NCBI GenBank assembly: GCA_016700035.1
Contig: CP064998.1
Location: 398,790 to 462,789, forward strand
DNA: 64,000 nucleotides
Origin: a bacterium
GTDB taxonomy: Bacteria > Patescibacteriota > Saccharimonadia > CAILAD01 > GCA-016700035
Reading direction: 5' to 3'
Shown here one piece after another: positions 39,089 through 48,744 of this stretch. Position numbers and translations under genes: made by a program. Within the stretch, counting starts at the first letter, position 1; every line of letters begins with the position of its first letter. The notes beneath the pieces are model-generated. The model worked only from the letters and a program-made list of their open reading frames with translations, had not been told where the DNA came from and searched no databases.

Positions 39089-39703
39089 TTATAGTTCTTT
39101 TTTATTATAGCCACCGAGCCGTCGCCATAATAAAAGCCCAACCCCGACCACTAATAACCCCAAAACTAAATAGGATAGCGGTTTAACATGCTGAGCGATT
39201 AAATGATGCCGATCACCAAGCAAATAACCACCTAAAACTAATAGGATGGTCCAGGTAGCTGTTCCTAATAATGACAGCAGGATGAATGGTAGGGGGCGAA
39301 TTCGATGCAGGCCAGCTGGAACCGATATAAGTGAGCGCATACCAGGAAGCAGGCGAGCAAAAAAGATCGCCACTAAGCCATGTTTTTCGAACCACTGCTG
39401 TGATTTTGCGACATCTTTTTCTTTTAACCCCATCCATTTGCCGTGTTGAGCCACAAAAGCTCGGAGTTTATGTTCCTGTAAGCTACGACCAAGAATATAA
39501 AAACATCCTGCTCCAGCCAAGGAGCCGAGTGTGCCAGCAATAATTACCCCCACCAAATTTAATTCACCCTGATAAGCCGAATAGCCAGCCAGTGGTAGAA
39601 CTAGTTCCGACGGAATTGGCGGGAAAATAGTCTCAATAAACATAACTATAAAAATACCGATATAGCCGAACTGAGCTATAACATGAGCAATACTATCAAT
39701 CAT
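39089..39703 (-). CDS. DedA/SNARE-associated family membrane protein
   Basis: 'FVMFIETIFPPIPSELVLPLAGY' and 'GKWMGLKEKDV...WFEKHG' are typical of DedA proteins. Confidence 0.7.
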   Translation of the reverse strand: MIDSIAHVIAQFGYIGIFIVMFIETIFPPIPSELVLPLAGYSAYQGELNLVGVIIAGTLGSLAGAGCFYILGRSLQEHKLRAFVAQHGKWMGLKEKDVAKSQQWFEKHGLVAIFFARLLPGMRSLISVPAGLHRIRPLPFILLSLLGTATWTILLVLGGYLLGDRHHLIAQHVKPLSYLVLGLLVVGVGLLLWRRLGGYNKKEL

Positions 39704-39922
39704 AGGCAGTATCGTATCAAATTAAGGATTTTTTATCTACAAAACCTCACATTTAATTCGCTTTATTGACAAAATACAGTATAATAATAATGTCTAGAAA
39801 CAGATACCATAGTGTAGGCTGTCGACCAGATAATGCCAAGATGCCCGAACTTGGTGTTAAATGGATCTTATTCCAGCAGTATAGCAGTAACGGGGCCGTT
39901 AAAAACGGTAAGTAGGAGATAT

Positions 39923-40183
39923 ATGGCAACTAAGCTATTCGTGGGATCACTCCCATATTCAACCACAGACGAAGAACTCTCAGAGGCTTTTTCAGCTGTT
40001 GGTACAGTAGTAAGCGCAAAAGTAATTTTTGATCGCGATACCCAGCGCTCAAAGGGCTTTGGGTTCGTAGAAATGAGCTCAGACGAAGAGGCTCAATCGG
40101 CAATTAAGCAACTAGATGGTTCAGAAATGGATGGTCGTCGCATTGTTGTCAACGAAGCTCGACCGATGGCTCCGCGCAACTAA
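39923..40183 (+). CDS. RRM-type RNA-binding protein
   Basis: RNP2 'LFVGSL' and RNP1 'KGFGFVEM'. GGAGAT RBS before ATG 39923. The upstream part of ORF 39833-40183 is ignored. Confidence 0.75.
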   Translation: MATKLFVGSLPYSTTDEELSEAFSAVGTVVSAKVIFDRDTQRSKGFGFVEMSSDEEAQSAIKQLDGSEMDGRRIVVNEARPMAPRN

Positions 40184-40206
40184 GTATTCGCTAGCTAGAA
40201 AATATT

Positions 40207-40249
40207 ACACCAAAATACCGCTCCAATAGGGCGGTATTTTGGTGTAATA
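40207..40249 (+). terminator. Rho-independent terminator after the RRM gene
   Basis: Stem 'acaccaaaataccgc'/'gcggtattttggtgt'. Confidence 0.6.
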
Positions 40250-40290
40250 ACAATGAGTAGAACTGCGTAGTTTTCTGATACAATAAAAGC

Positions 40291-41001
40291 ATGAGCGAAA
40301 TAAATGACGCCAGAGGTGGCTTTCCATCAGAATTAATTATCATTCGTCATGGCCTATCTGAGCTAAATGTGCGTCTAGCAATCGCCAAGGCACACCATGA
40401 TAGTAGTCGCGTTTTACTTGATCAAATTCGAGACGCTGATGTCCCGCTAACAAAAATAGGCTTTGAGCAGGCTTCCCGAACCGGTCAAGCTCTTGCAAGC
40501 CACTACAGAAAGATCGATAAAGCCTATGTTAGTCCTACACTCCGAACTCGTGATACATTTTCTCAAATTCAGTCTGCCATCAACTACCATATCCCATTTC
40601 AGATAGAAGATCGCATTCGAGAACGTGAATTTGGTATTTTTGGACAAATGACAAGCTATGGCATTGAAAAGCATTATCCAGTTGAGGCCGCTCGCTTAAA
40701 GCTTGAGGGCAATTATTACTATCGACCTCTAGGTGGAGAATCGTACCCCGATATGGGCAACCGACTGCATAGTTTTCTACATTCAATCTATCGCCATCAA
40801 GCTGGCAAGAGAATACTAGTTATTACTCACGCCGATGTTGTTCAGATGATCCGCAAAATATTGGAAAAGCTAACCGAAGCTCAACTTCTAGAGCTCAATG
40901 AGACCGATGATGTGCTAAACTGCAGTATAACGCAGTATGCTTATAGTGCGGATATAAACTACTTGCGCCTAGTGCGCTATAACGAGGTGTATTACCAATG
41001 A
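40291..41001 (+). CDS. Histidine phosphatase superfamily (phosphoglycerate-mutase-like) protein
   Basis: 'IIIRHGLSELN' RHG catalytic motif. 'ITHADV' near the C-terminus. Confidence 0.65.
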   Translation: MSEINDARGGFPSELIIIRHGLSELNVRLAIAKAHHDSSRVLLDQIRDADVPLTKIGFEQASRTGQALASHYRKIDKAYVSPTLRTRDTFSQIQSAINYHIPFQIEDRIREREFGIFGQMTSYGIEKHYPVEAARLKLEGNYYYRPLGGESYPDMGNRLHSFLHSIYRHQAGKRILVITHADVVQMIRKILEKLTEAQLLELNETDDVLNCSITQYAYSADINYLRLVRYNEVYYQ

Positions 41002-41720
41002 ACAAGAAGAAATTAGTCTTTGATATTGAGATGGTTGGCGAAGACTTTGATGCAATGGACGAGCTGACCCAGCAAGATCTTATGAAGAGCTTACCCGATC
41101 CTAAAGTTGATCAAAAAAAATATGACTCCGAATTTGAAGAGCTCAAGCGCAAGCTGGTTTTCTCACCACTAACTGGTAAGGTGATAGCTATTGGGGTATA
41201 TAATCCAGATGAGACCAAAGGGGCAGTCTACTATGATGCTGGCAAAACTCAGCCAGAAGATACAGAAATAGACAACATTAAATATGTCGCCATGACCGAA
41301 CCAGAGATGCTAACAAAATTTTGGGCATTAGCCGAAGTGCATGATGAGTTTATTAGCTTTTTTGGCCGGCGCAGTGATGTACCATACCTAATGATCCGAT
41401 CGGCTATTCATGGCATCCGTCCAACCCGCGATCTAACGTCAAATCGCTATAACAATCTTGGTGCCCCCACAGCTACTCATTATGACCTGGCCGAACTATT
41501 AAGCTTCAACGGTCTGGCTATGTATCGTGGTAGTTTGCATCGTTGGTGTCGAGCTTTTTCAATTGATACACCCAAAACTGACGAAATGGCTGGTGATAAG
41601 GTGGGGCAAGCTTATATCGATGGTAAATACCTAGAAATAGCTCAGTATAATGCCTTGGATATTATTGCCACCGCAAAGCTCTACGATCACTGGGAGAGAT
41701 ATTTTAAACCGCGAGTATAA
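40998..41720 (+). CDS. RNase H-like 3'-5' exonuclease (PolB-exonuclease-like, DEDDy-type)
   Basis: 'LVFDIEM' exo I-like motif. 'YNALDIIATAKLYD' resembles exo III YxxxD. Weak, inference. Confidence 0.45.
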   Translation: MNKKKLVFDIEMVGEDFDAMDELTQQDLMKSLPDPKVDQKKYDSEFEELKRKLVFSPLTGKVIAIGVYNPDETKGAVYYDAGKTQPEDTEIDNIKYVAMTEPEMLTKFWALAEVHDEFISFFGRRSDVPYLMIRSAIHGIRPTRDLTSNRYNNLGAPTATHYDLAELLSFNGLAMYRGSLHRWCRAFSIDTPKTDEMAGDKVGQAYIDGKYLEIAQYNALDIIATAKLYDHWERYFKPRV

Positions 41721-41732
41721 AGGAGAAAGATT

Positions 41733-42197
41733 ATGGAGATTGGCTCAAAAGCCCCCAATTTTACACTATTGGACCAAAATGAAAAATCACATAGTTTAAA
41801 AGACCTAGCTGGCAAGCATACTCTGATCTATTTTTATCCAAAAGATGACACGCCCGGGTGCACAACTCAAGCCTGTTCATTACGCGATAGCATTGAAGAC
41901 CTGCGTAGTGACAACATTGAAGTACTCGGTGTTTCAGCCGATTCAGTTGATAGTCATAAGAAGTTTGCCGAAAAATATAATTTGCCTTTTCCAGTACTAT
42001 CTAACCCAGAAAAAGATATGATTGAAGCCTATCATGCTTGGGGTGAGCGCTCGATGTATGGACGTAAATTTATGGGTATTATTCGTTCAGCTGTGTTGAT
42101 CAGCCCAGATCTTACTATTGAAGCTCACTGGCCAAAAATTCAACCCCTCAAAACTGTCCCGACAGTGCGTGCCTGGATGCAAGAGCACAGTCGCTAG
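41733..42197 (+). CDS. bcp: Thioredoxin-dependent thiol peroxidase (Bcp-type peroxiredoxin)
   Basis: 'YFYPKDDTPGCTTQACSLRD' with peroxidatic and resolving Cys. Confidence 0.85.
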   Translation: MEIGSKAPNFTLLDQNEKSHSLKDLAGKHTLIYFYPKDDTPGCTTQACSLRDSIEDLRSDNIEVLGVSADSVDSHKKFAEKYNLPFPVLSNPEKDMIEAYHAWGERSMYGRKFMGIIRSAVLISPDLTIEAHWPKIQPLKTVPTVRAWMQEHSR

Positions 42198-42219
42198 CTC
42201 TATCTGATATACTGGTAAT

Positions 42220-43683
42220 ATGAGTAGCCAAAGCCCTATTCGCGTGCGATTTGCACCATCTCCAACCGGATTTTTACACATTGGAGGAGTACGCACTGCA
42301 CTTTTTAACTATCTATTTGCCAAAAAACACGGTGGCACATTTATTCTACGACTAGAAGACACTGACCGTGAGCGGTTTGTAGAGTCTGGTATTACCCAAA
42401 TTAGCGAGGTACTAGATTGGCTAGGCATCATACCAGATGAAGGCTATTGGGAAGGTGAGCATATCGGTGACGCCGGCCCCTACATTCAAAGCCAGCGCCT
42501 ACCTCATTATGATGACTTCGCTCAAAAACTGATCGATATGGGTGTGGCTTACCGTAGCTATATCACGCCTGATGATTTTCAAAAAAATCGCCAAATCGCC
42601 ATTGATGCCAAAAAGCCATTTGTTTATCGGCGCAGTATGGAGCCTCAAGCCTCGGAACAAAGCTCCAAGGCACCAATTCGGTTGGATATCCTTGCTTTGC
42701 AAAAAAAACTGACAACCCCCAATATAGTTTGGGAAGACGCTATTCGTGGTAAATTTGAGCTAGATTGGTCGATCCTAGATGACTTTATTTTAGTCAAAGC
42801 TGATGGCTTCCCAACCTATAACTTCGCTAATATTATCGATGATCATACCATGCAGATATCCCATGTCCTGCGAGGTGATGAGTTTATTAGCTCTACAGCA
42901 AAACATGCTATTCTATATGATGCACTGGGCCTTGAGCGCCCGATCTGGGCTCATCTACCTCTTATTTTGGGTTCTGATGGAGCAAAGCTTTCCAAGCGAC
43001 ACGGCGATACCGATGCCTTGCAGTACCGAGAAAAAGGCTATCTACCAGAAGCAATCCTCAACTTTTTAGCTCAGCTTGGCTGGAATGATGGCACAGAACA
43101 AGAAATTTTTTCTTTAGAAGAAATGGTACAAAAATTCAGCCTGGAGCGTATTCAAAAAAGTCCTGCTAAATTTGATGTTGATCGCCTAGACTGGATGAAT
43201 GGAATTTTTATTCGTGAAAAACTCTCTGAACAAGACTATATTAACCGAGCTTTAGCAGAGCTTCCACAGGCCAATTTAACAAATACCACACTAGCTCAAT
43301 CTGCTGTACTGCTCGAGAGAGAGCGTATTAAAACATTTAAAGAACTGCCGGAGTTGGTCGCTTTTTTCTTTACCAGGCCCAATAATCACACCGAGATAAA
43401 GAATCTAATTATCAAAAAAGCCACGCTTGAAGAGGCTTCTAAAATTCTTGAAGCCTCAATAAAGAGTCTCTCCGAATTAACTTCATCTGATGCGGCTGAT
43501 ATTGAAACTCAACTGCGAGATTCTGCGCAAGAGCATAATATAAAAGCTGGACAGATGTTTTATGTGATTCGAGTTGCCATTACTGGCAAGACTGCTGCTC
43601 CTGGATTATTTGAGACAATCTCAGTTCTAAGCGTAGGAGAAACTATTGAGCGCCTTAAAATCACGCAAAAAGCATTAAACTAA
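42220..43683 (+). CDS. gltX: Glutamate--tRNA ligase
   Basis: HIGH motif 'PSPTGFLHIGGVRTALFN'. 'KLSKRHG' KMSKS motif. Class I GluRS length. Confidence 0.9.
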   Translation: MSSQSPIRVRFAPSPTGFLHIGGVRTALFNYLFAKKHGGTFILRLEDTDRERFVESGITQISEVLDWLGIIPDEGYWEGEHIGDAGPYIQSQRLPHYDDFAQKLIDMGVAYRSYITPDDFQKNRQIAIDAKKPFVYRRSMEPQASEQSSKAPIRLDILALQKKLTTPNIVWEDAIRGKFELDWSILDDFILVKADGFPTYNFANIIDDHTMQISHVLRGDEFISSTAKHAILYDALGLERPIWAHLPLILGSDGAKLSKRHGDTDALQYREKGYLPEAILNFLAQLGWNDGTEQEIFSLEEMVQKFSLERIQKSPAKFDVDRLDWMNGIFIREKLSEQDYINRALAELPQANLTNTTLAQSAVLLERERIKTFKELPELVAFFFTRPNNHTEIKNLIIKKATLEEASKILEASIKSLSELTSSDAADIETQLRDSAQEHNIKAGQMFYVIRVAITGKTAAPGLFETISVLSVGETIERLKITQKALN

Positions 43684-43686
43684 ATA

Positions 43687-45096
43687 CTACTGTCGGTCGT
43701 AAAACTGTACGCTCCAGACTGTTTCACCAGGGGTGCTACCAACACCCAGCCCAAAGCTAACCGATCCAGTGTTGGAGAATTGAATAGTTTGACCAAGTAG
43801 TCTACCAACCGTACCGCCATTAGACACCTGAATTTTCGACCAGCGAGCATACAGCTCAGCCGGTGCACCAAGACCCTGATTACTAATATTTATTGTGGCT
43901 TGGTTTTGTGAACTCGCCAACTGTGTACCAGTTACCGATGTGCAATCCGGACTACAGCTAGCGTTCGCCCAAAAAGTAATTATTTTTGGCCCAATGCCAG
44001 CACTATTAGCAGCTACCGTGCCCTGATTAGCTAGATTTAACCCGCCCGATCCATCAATCATAATAGCCGGTGTGGTCGTAACCCCCGAAGCAATTCGCAA
44101 TATCCCGCGGTTAGAAATATTAAGATTACCAGTTATCCAGACCGGGCCCGACATTGTAACCTGGCAATTATTGGATAGATTTACTGTGCCAGTAATCTTA
44201 ACATTAGCAGGCCAAGTGATTTGCTGATTGCCCCAACAAGAGGCCTGTGAACCTGTTAGATTATTGGTAGCAGCTGCTTTATGCGAAGCCCGATCATAAT
44301 CTGGCAGAGTGGGGGCTGGAACGCCAGAGCTAGCGACTAATCCACCATTTGTCATACCATTACCATTTATCTGGTTATTGGCCGATACATTGCCATAAAT
44401 ATGGGCTTGATTAGTCAAAGTAATTGGCTGTCCAGTCGAACAGAGGCTTGGATAGGCGCTGGTGGCGGGCACGGGGCAGGTATAATGAGCTACCTGGGTA
44501 GCGACTGGAGTAGCGACTGATCCAATCTGGGCCGTATTAGACATCGATAACGTTCCACCAACATATACCGCACCATTCGATATGCGTGCACTATTAGTCA
44601 TAATTAGTCCACCTGGTCCAGTCTGAACAGAATAATTGGTAGCTGGAAGAGTAGAGGCAATCAAGGTAATCTTAACTGTACGAGTTGCAGTTGGCGTAGT
44701 GCTGGACTGAGGGCGATAAATCCTACCCTTAGCCCACAAGATCTTTTCATTCGGAATGCTACCTGCCTGAATACAGCTATCATATACGGCACGCCCTTTA
44801 ATGGCATCATTATAGAGCTCAGTACCACCGGTAGGATTATCAGAGAGTGGGCAAGTTGCAGTGGTCCCTGAGTAACTCGTATTAGCATTCAAGCTGGCAA
44901 TTGCTGAATCAGCGCCAGCTTCAGCTACTGCTAGAGCATTGAGGGAATTATAGTCACGGCGGACATTTGAGTAATTGATTAGTGAAGAGCGATAAATTGC
45001 CAAACCGATTACCAAAAAGCTTCCACCCATCACCAAAGTAATAAGTAGAGTAAAGCCCTTTTTGCCCCTATTAATAGAATGTTTTTTCTTACGCAT
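43687..45096 (-). CDS. Large pilin-like / PilX-like minor pilin (type IV pilus or pseudopilus component)
   Basis: N-terminal 'KKGFTLLITLVMGGSFLVIGLAIY' prepilin-like hydrophobic helix, followed by a Thr/Asn/Gly-rich beta-rich body. Confidence 0.55.
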   Translation of the reverse strand: MRKKKHSINRGKKGFTLLITLVMGGSFLVIGLAIYRSSLINYSNVRRDYNSLNALAVAEAGADSAIASLNANTSYSGTTATCPLSDNPTGGTELYNDAIKGRAVYDSCIQAGSIPNEKILWAKGRIYRPQSSTTPTATRTVKITLIASTLPATNYSVQTGPGGLIMTNSARISNGAVYVGGTLSMSNTAQIGSVATPVATQVAHYTCPVPATSAYPSLCSTGQPITLTNQAHIYGNVSANNQINGNGMTNGGLVASSGVPAPTLPDYDRASHKAAATNNLTGSQASCWGNQQITWPANVKITGTVNLSNNCQVTMSGPVWITGNLNISNRGILRIASGVTTTPAIMIDGSGGLNLANQGTVAANSAGIGPKIITFWANASCSPDCTSVTGTQLASSQNQATINISNQGLGAPAELYARWSKIQVSNGGTVGRLLGQTIQFSNTGSVSFGLGVGSTPGETVWSVQFYDRQ

Positions 45097-45105
45097 TATT
45101 TATCC

Positions 45106-45792
45106 TCATTTATTCCTTAAAGCTGCGGTTGTACCATAGCTAGATTCAAACATCTGACTACCAATACTGCGTGTTTGCGATAACTCATAGCGCACTGCTT
45201 CGGTACCACTAGGGGAGGCTACAACATTACCTGATGCATCTAAGTATGTTGTGGTGAGATTGGCGATATCCGCTACTACCTTGGAATCGGGTGGACATGC
45301 AGGAGTAGACTGAGCTGGTGGACAAGTAGTTGTCGTAGCATTATTAGGCGCAACTGTATTGGCGATCGTTCTACGATACAAAATATCGGTATTAGGCTCC
45401 AGGTAAAAAATTACATTATCGGTATATAAGCTGGTATGAGTGGCGTCGATATATATTATATTACCACTCGCATCACGAGCAGGGACAGCCAATATAAGCG
45501 TTGCGCCAGATCCAGTCGCACTAGTCCAGGAATAGGGGTTTTCAGGATTTGGAGCATGACTATCTGGCTGAGAGTTTTGGGCTTCTACCGATTTTGCTGA
45601 ACGAATAACCTGCGCTACCGTCTCCACAGCCGTCTTGGTGTTGGTCTGCAGTTGAGTTCTAGTGCTCTCGCGTCGCCAATTTACATAGCTTCGACTAATG
45701 ACCTGGAGTGTTATAAGCAATAACAGGGAAGCAATAGCAATACTAACTAACATCTCGATAAGAGTAATCCCAGAATAATGCCGACGCTTCAT
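45106..45792 (-). CDS. Type IV prepilin-like protein
   Basis: Class III signal 'RRHYSGITLIEMLVSIAIASLLLL' (G/ITLIEM). Confidence 0.7.
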   Translation of the reverse strand: MKRRHYSGITLIEMLVSIAIASLLLLITLQVISRSYVNWRRESTRTQLQTNTKTAVETVAQVIRSAKSVEAQNSQPDSHAPNPENPYSWTSATGSGATLILAVPARDASGNIIYIDATHTSLYTDNVIFYLEPNTDILYRRTIANTVAPNNATTTTCPPAQSTPACPPDSKVVADIANLTTTYLDASGNVVASPSGTEAVRYELSQTRSIGSQMFESSYGTTAALRNK

Positions 45793-46214
45793 CGATTTAT
45801 CCCGTGTAAACCTATCAATGTTGATGTACCGACGGTTCGTGATTTACCAGATTGTGTGTAACTTAGCTGAATATCGACTCGCTTGAGAGTACTGGGAGTA
45901 ACCTCTGTAATAGTAACCGTAGCAGAACGAGGGTTTTGCAGAGTGGTGAATGGTGCCATTTCTGTAGTAAAATCAGACACCCCAACATCTAGGTCATTAA
46001 ATGGTGTATTGCGTAACAGCTCAAGCTTCTGTTGCATCAGTTCAACTGCTTCGGTTTGTGCATCTGAGCGATTATTTACCACACCAATCCCAATAAAGGC
46101 CTGGGTGACAGCTACAAAAACAACCAACATTACAGTAGCTGCGACAAGCTGCTCAACTAATGTAAAACCCTGCTTGGAATGCCCGTATTTCATGCCTTTA
46201 TTATACGCAAGCAT
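45789..46214 (-). CDS. Type IV prepilin-like protein
   Basis: 'KQGFTLVEQLVAATVMLVV' prepilin cleavage motif with Glu at +5. Confidence 0.7.
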   Translation of the reverse strand: MLAYNKGMKYGHSKQGFTLVEQLVAATVMLVVFVAVTQAFIGIGVVNNRSDAQTEAVELMQQKLELLRNTPFNDLDVGVSDFTTEMAPFTTLQNPRSATVTITEVTPSTLKRVDIQLSYTQSGKSRTVGTSTLIGLHGINR

Positions 46215-46301
46215 AACTAATTTTAACAGGTGTAAACTATTGACTTTTAATAATGTTTATGCTATTATTGCATATTCTATTGACAAATAGATTATCTTAT
46301 T

Positions 46302-47381
46302 ATGAAAAAGATTAAGCATAAACATCATTTAGCTCTTATTATACCCGGACACAACGAGGAGCTAGTTATAGAAAAGACTATTCTTTCGGCAATTGCTGCT
46401 GGCTTGTCGGTTCGACATATTTATGTTGTAGACGATAATTCGTCGGACAAAACAGCTGAGATAGCTCAGTCAATCCTTGGTTCAGCCCACGTATTAACGG
46501 TTAGTCGATCGGGTAAAGCTTTGGCGATAAAAAAAGCCATCAAGGCTTTCAAGATTAAAAGTCGATACACTTGGCTCCACATTGCTGATGCTGATTCAGC
46601 TTTTGAAGGTCGCTATTTTACTGTTCTTAAAAAAGAGCTTGACCCAAAAAAATATGTGGCCGCAACTGGCTATGTAAAATCAATGTATGGTGGCTGGATC
46701 TCTAAGTATCGTGCTTATGAATATAGTTTTGGTCAAGAGATTATGCGTCGTATTCAACACATGCTCGGTGTAATACCAGTTATTCCTGGCCCAACAAGCT
46801 GCTTTAGAACCGACATTTTAAAGGATCTAGACTTTGAAACCAACAATTTTACCGAAGACTTTGATATTACTATCCAAATACACCGTAAGAAATTAGGACG
46901 GATAGGTTTTATAGCCCAAGCTCGTACTCTCACCCAAGACCCAAAAGACTATAGCGATTATGTTAAGCAAATTACTCGCTGGTACCGTGGTTTTTGGCAG
47001 GGTGTTTTAACCTACAAAGTAGGGCGAGGCTGGCAAAAAATTGATGGCTATTTAGGCTATCAGATTTTAGAGATGTTTGCTTATTACTTTAACCTTTTAG
47101 TACTGTTACCAATCCTACTAATTAGTGGTAGAGGAGTACATGTTATCGCCCAAACCTTCCTGCTTGATGTTGGCATTTTCTTTGCTATGACAATTATGGC
47201 CTGCATTACTCATCGCAGGTTAGATATTATTAGTGCATTCCCATTATTTTATCTACTGCGCATCACCAATATGGCCATATATGTTAAAGCCTTTTTTGAA
47301 GTAGTAGTCTTACGTCGTTTTCGTGGTCCACAGGTTGGTTGGTCAACCGAAAATCGTCGCTATAAAGTGGTGGAGTCATAA
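46302..47381 (+). CDS. Processive family-2 glycosyltransferase (cellulose/PNAG/chitin-synthase-like) with C-terminal TM domain
   Basis: 'YVVDDNSSDKT' D,D motif region. 'QITRWYRGFWQ' QxxRW motif. Several C-terminal TM helices. Confidence 0.75.
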   Translation: MKKIKHKHHLALIIPGHNEELVIEKTILSAIAAGLSVRHIYVVDDNSSDKTAEIAQSILGSAHVLTVSRSGKALAIKKAIKAFKIKSRYTWLHIADADSAFEGRYFTVLKKELDPKKYVAATGYVKSMYGGWISKYRAYEYSFGQEIMRRIQHMLGVIPVIPGPTSCFRTDILKDLDFETNNFTEDFDITIQIHRKKLGRIGFIAQARTLTQDPKDYSDYVKQITRWYRGFWQGVLTYKVGRGWQKIDGYLGYQILEMFAYYFNLLVLLPILLISGRGVHVIAQTFLLDVGIFFAMTIMACITHRRLDIISAFPLFYLLRITNMAIYVKAFFEVVVLRRFRGPQVGWSTENRRYKVVES

Positions 47382-47384
47382 AGC

Positions 47385-48743
47385 GTGAAGTCAAAATATC
47401 GTAATTTCTTGCTTTACCTACTGGCGGCTGGATTTTTAATTTGGCACCTTGTTCCGCTAATGAGTATTGGCTCAGCTATGACACCCAAACCCAAAACCAA
47501 TCTCGAGTTAGCTCAAGATACCACCTGCTATGGTGGCGACTTGGATATACCTACATTTGGAGATCCGCTTCATGATCCGATTATCACTACACTTAATCAA
47601 AAGAATTCTATCATCAACTATCGCACTGCATCGCTACCGGTTAAACTAGACCCTTACCCAAAATCTGTTGACTCACTACCGGAACCCAGCTGGCAAACAG
47701 CTCATTATGGGAAGAATGTACCTATATTTATCATAAACCAGCAAAACTCCGAGCAGGCATCTTTGCGTGTCGAAATTGTTGACTATCTAGATGGTGATGC
47801 CAAGTGGCAAACCCAAAGCATTCCGGTCCAGTCAGGTGATATGCTAACTTTTAAAAACGAATATCGCTCAAATCAGAACATTGTAACAAGTGCGGCACTG
47901 CGCCAGGTTGATGGTAGTGATAAATACATAACTCTCAAACAGCTAACTGATTCCGAAGATTGGAGTAGTCAAACTTCCACCATGATAATTCCAAAAGGTA
48001 CTGTGTCAATACGCTTTGCAACCATCCTAGACAAGGCTGGTTGGCTTGAAACACGCAATTACAGCATCACGCGTATGGATGCCCCAAAGCTCAAGCGCGG
48101 AATTGCTACCTTTACTTTTGATGATGGCTGGAAATCAATCTACCAGCAAGGCTTGCCATTATTTAATAAATACAATATTAAGACTACTCAGTTTGTCGTG
48201 GCAGGCTATGACACAAACTCAGCTTACATGAGCACAGATGAAATTCTTGATATGCAGAAGCAAGGACATGATATTGGTTCACATTCCTACTCACACGCTG
48301 ATCACTCAAAAATCCATGATGAGGATCTAATGCGCGAGATAGCAGGATCGAGAACAGTATTAAACGCTAAGTTTGGTGGCATCAATAACGTAGCAGCCCC
48401 GTTTGGTCGCTATAACCAAGACGTGACACGGACAATCCGCGAGTGCTACCAAAGCCATCGTACAACCGATACTGGCTTTAATGCAGCTGGCTATGACCGC
48501 TATCAAATTAAGGTACAGAATGTTGAAGTTAATACTACTCCTGAACAGATTCAAGGGTGGGCTGAATTTGCTCGAGATAATAATTTATGGCTCATTTTAG
48601 TTTATCACCAAGTCCAGGATGGCGGTGAGTATTCTGTAGATTCTAAACAGCTCGAAAGCCATCTAAAAGCCGTTAAGGACACTGGCATTCATACAGCTAC
48701 TTTCGAAGAAGCCCTACTAGAGACCTATCCTCAGGGGCGCTAA
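47385..48743 (+). CDS. Polysaccharide deacetylase (NodB/CE4 domain) with N-terminal signal and a pre-domain
   Basis: 'IATFTFDDGWKSIYQ' (TFDDG motif). 'GSHSYSHAD' His motif. GTG start at 47385. Confidence 0.75.
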   Translation: MKSKYRNFLLYLLAAGFLIWHLVPLMSIGSAMTPKPKTNLELAQDTTCYGGDLDIPTFGDPLHDPIITTLNQKNSIINYRTASLPVKLDPYPKSVDSLPEPSWQTAHYGKNVPIFIINQQNSEQASLRVEIVDYLDGDAKWQTQSIPVQSGDMLTFKNEYRSNQNIVTSAALRQVDGSDKYITLKQLTDSEDWSSQTSTMIIPKGTVSIRFATILDKAGWLETRNYSITRMDAPKLKRGIATFTFDDGWKSIYQQGLPLFNKYNIKTTQFVVAGYDTNSAYMSTDEILDMQKQGHDIGSHSYSHADHSKIHDEDLMREIAGSRTVLNAKFGGINNVAAPFGRYNQDVTRTIRECYQSHRTTDTGFNAAGYDRYQIKVQNVEVNTTPEQIQGWAEFARDNNLWLILVYHQVQDGGEYSVDSKQLESHLKAVKDTGIHTATFEEALLETYPQGR

Positions 48744-48744
48744 T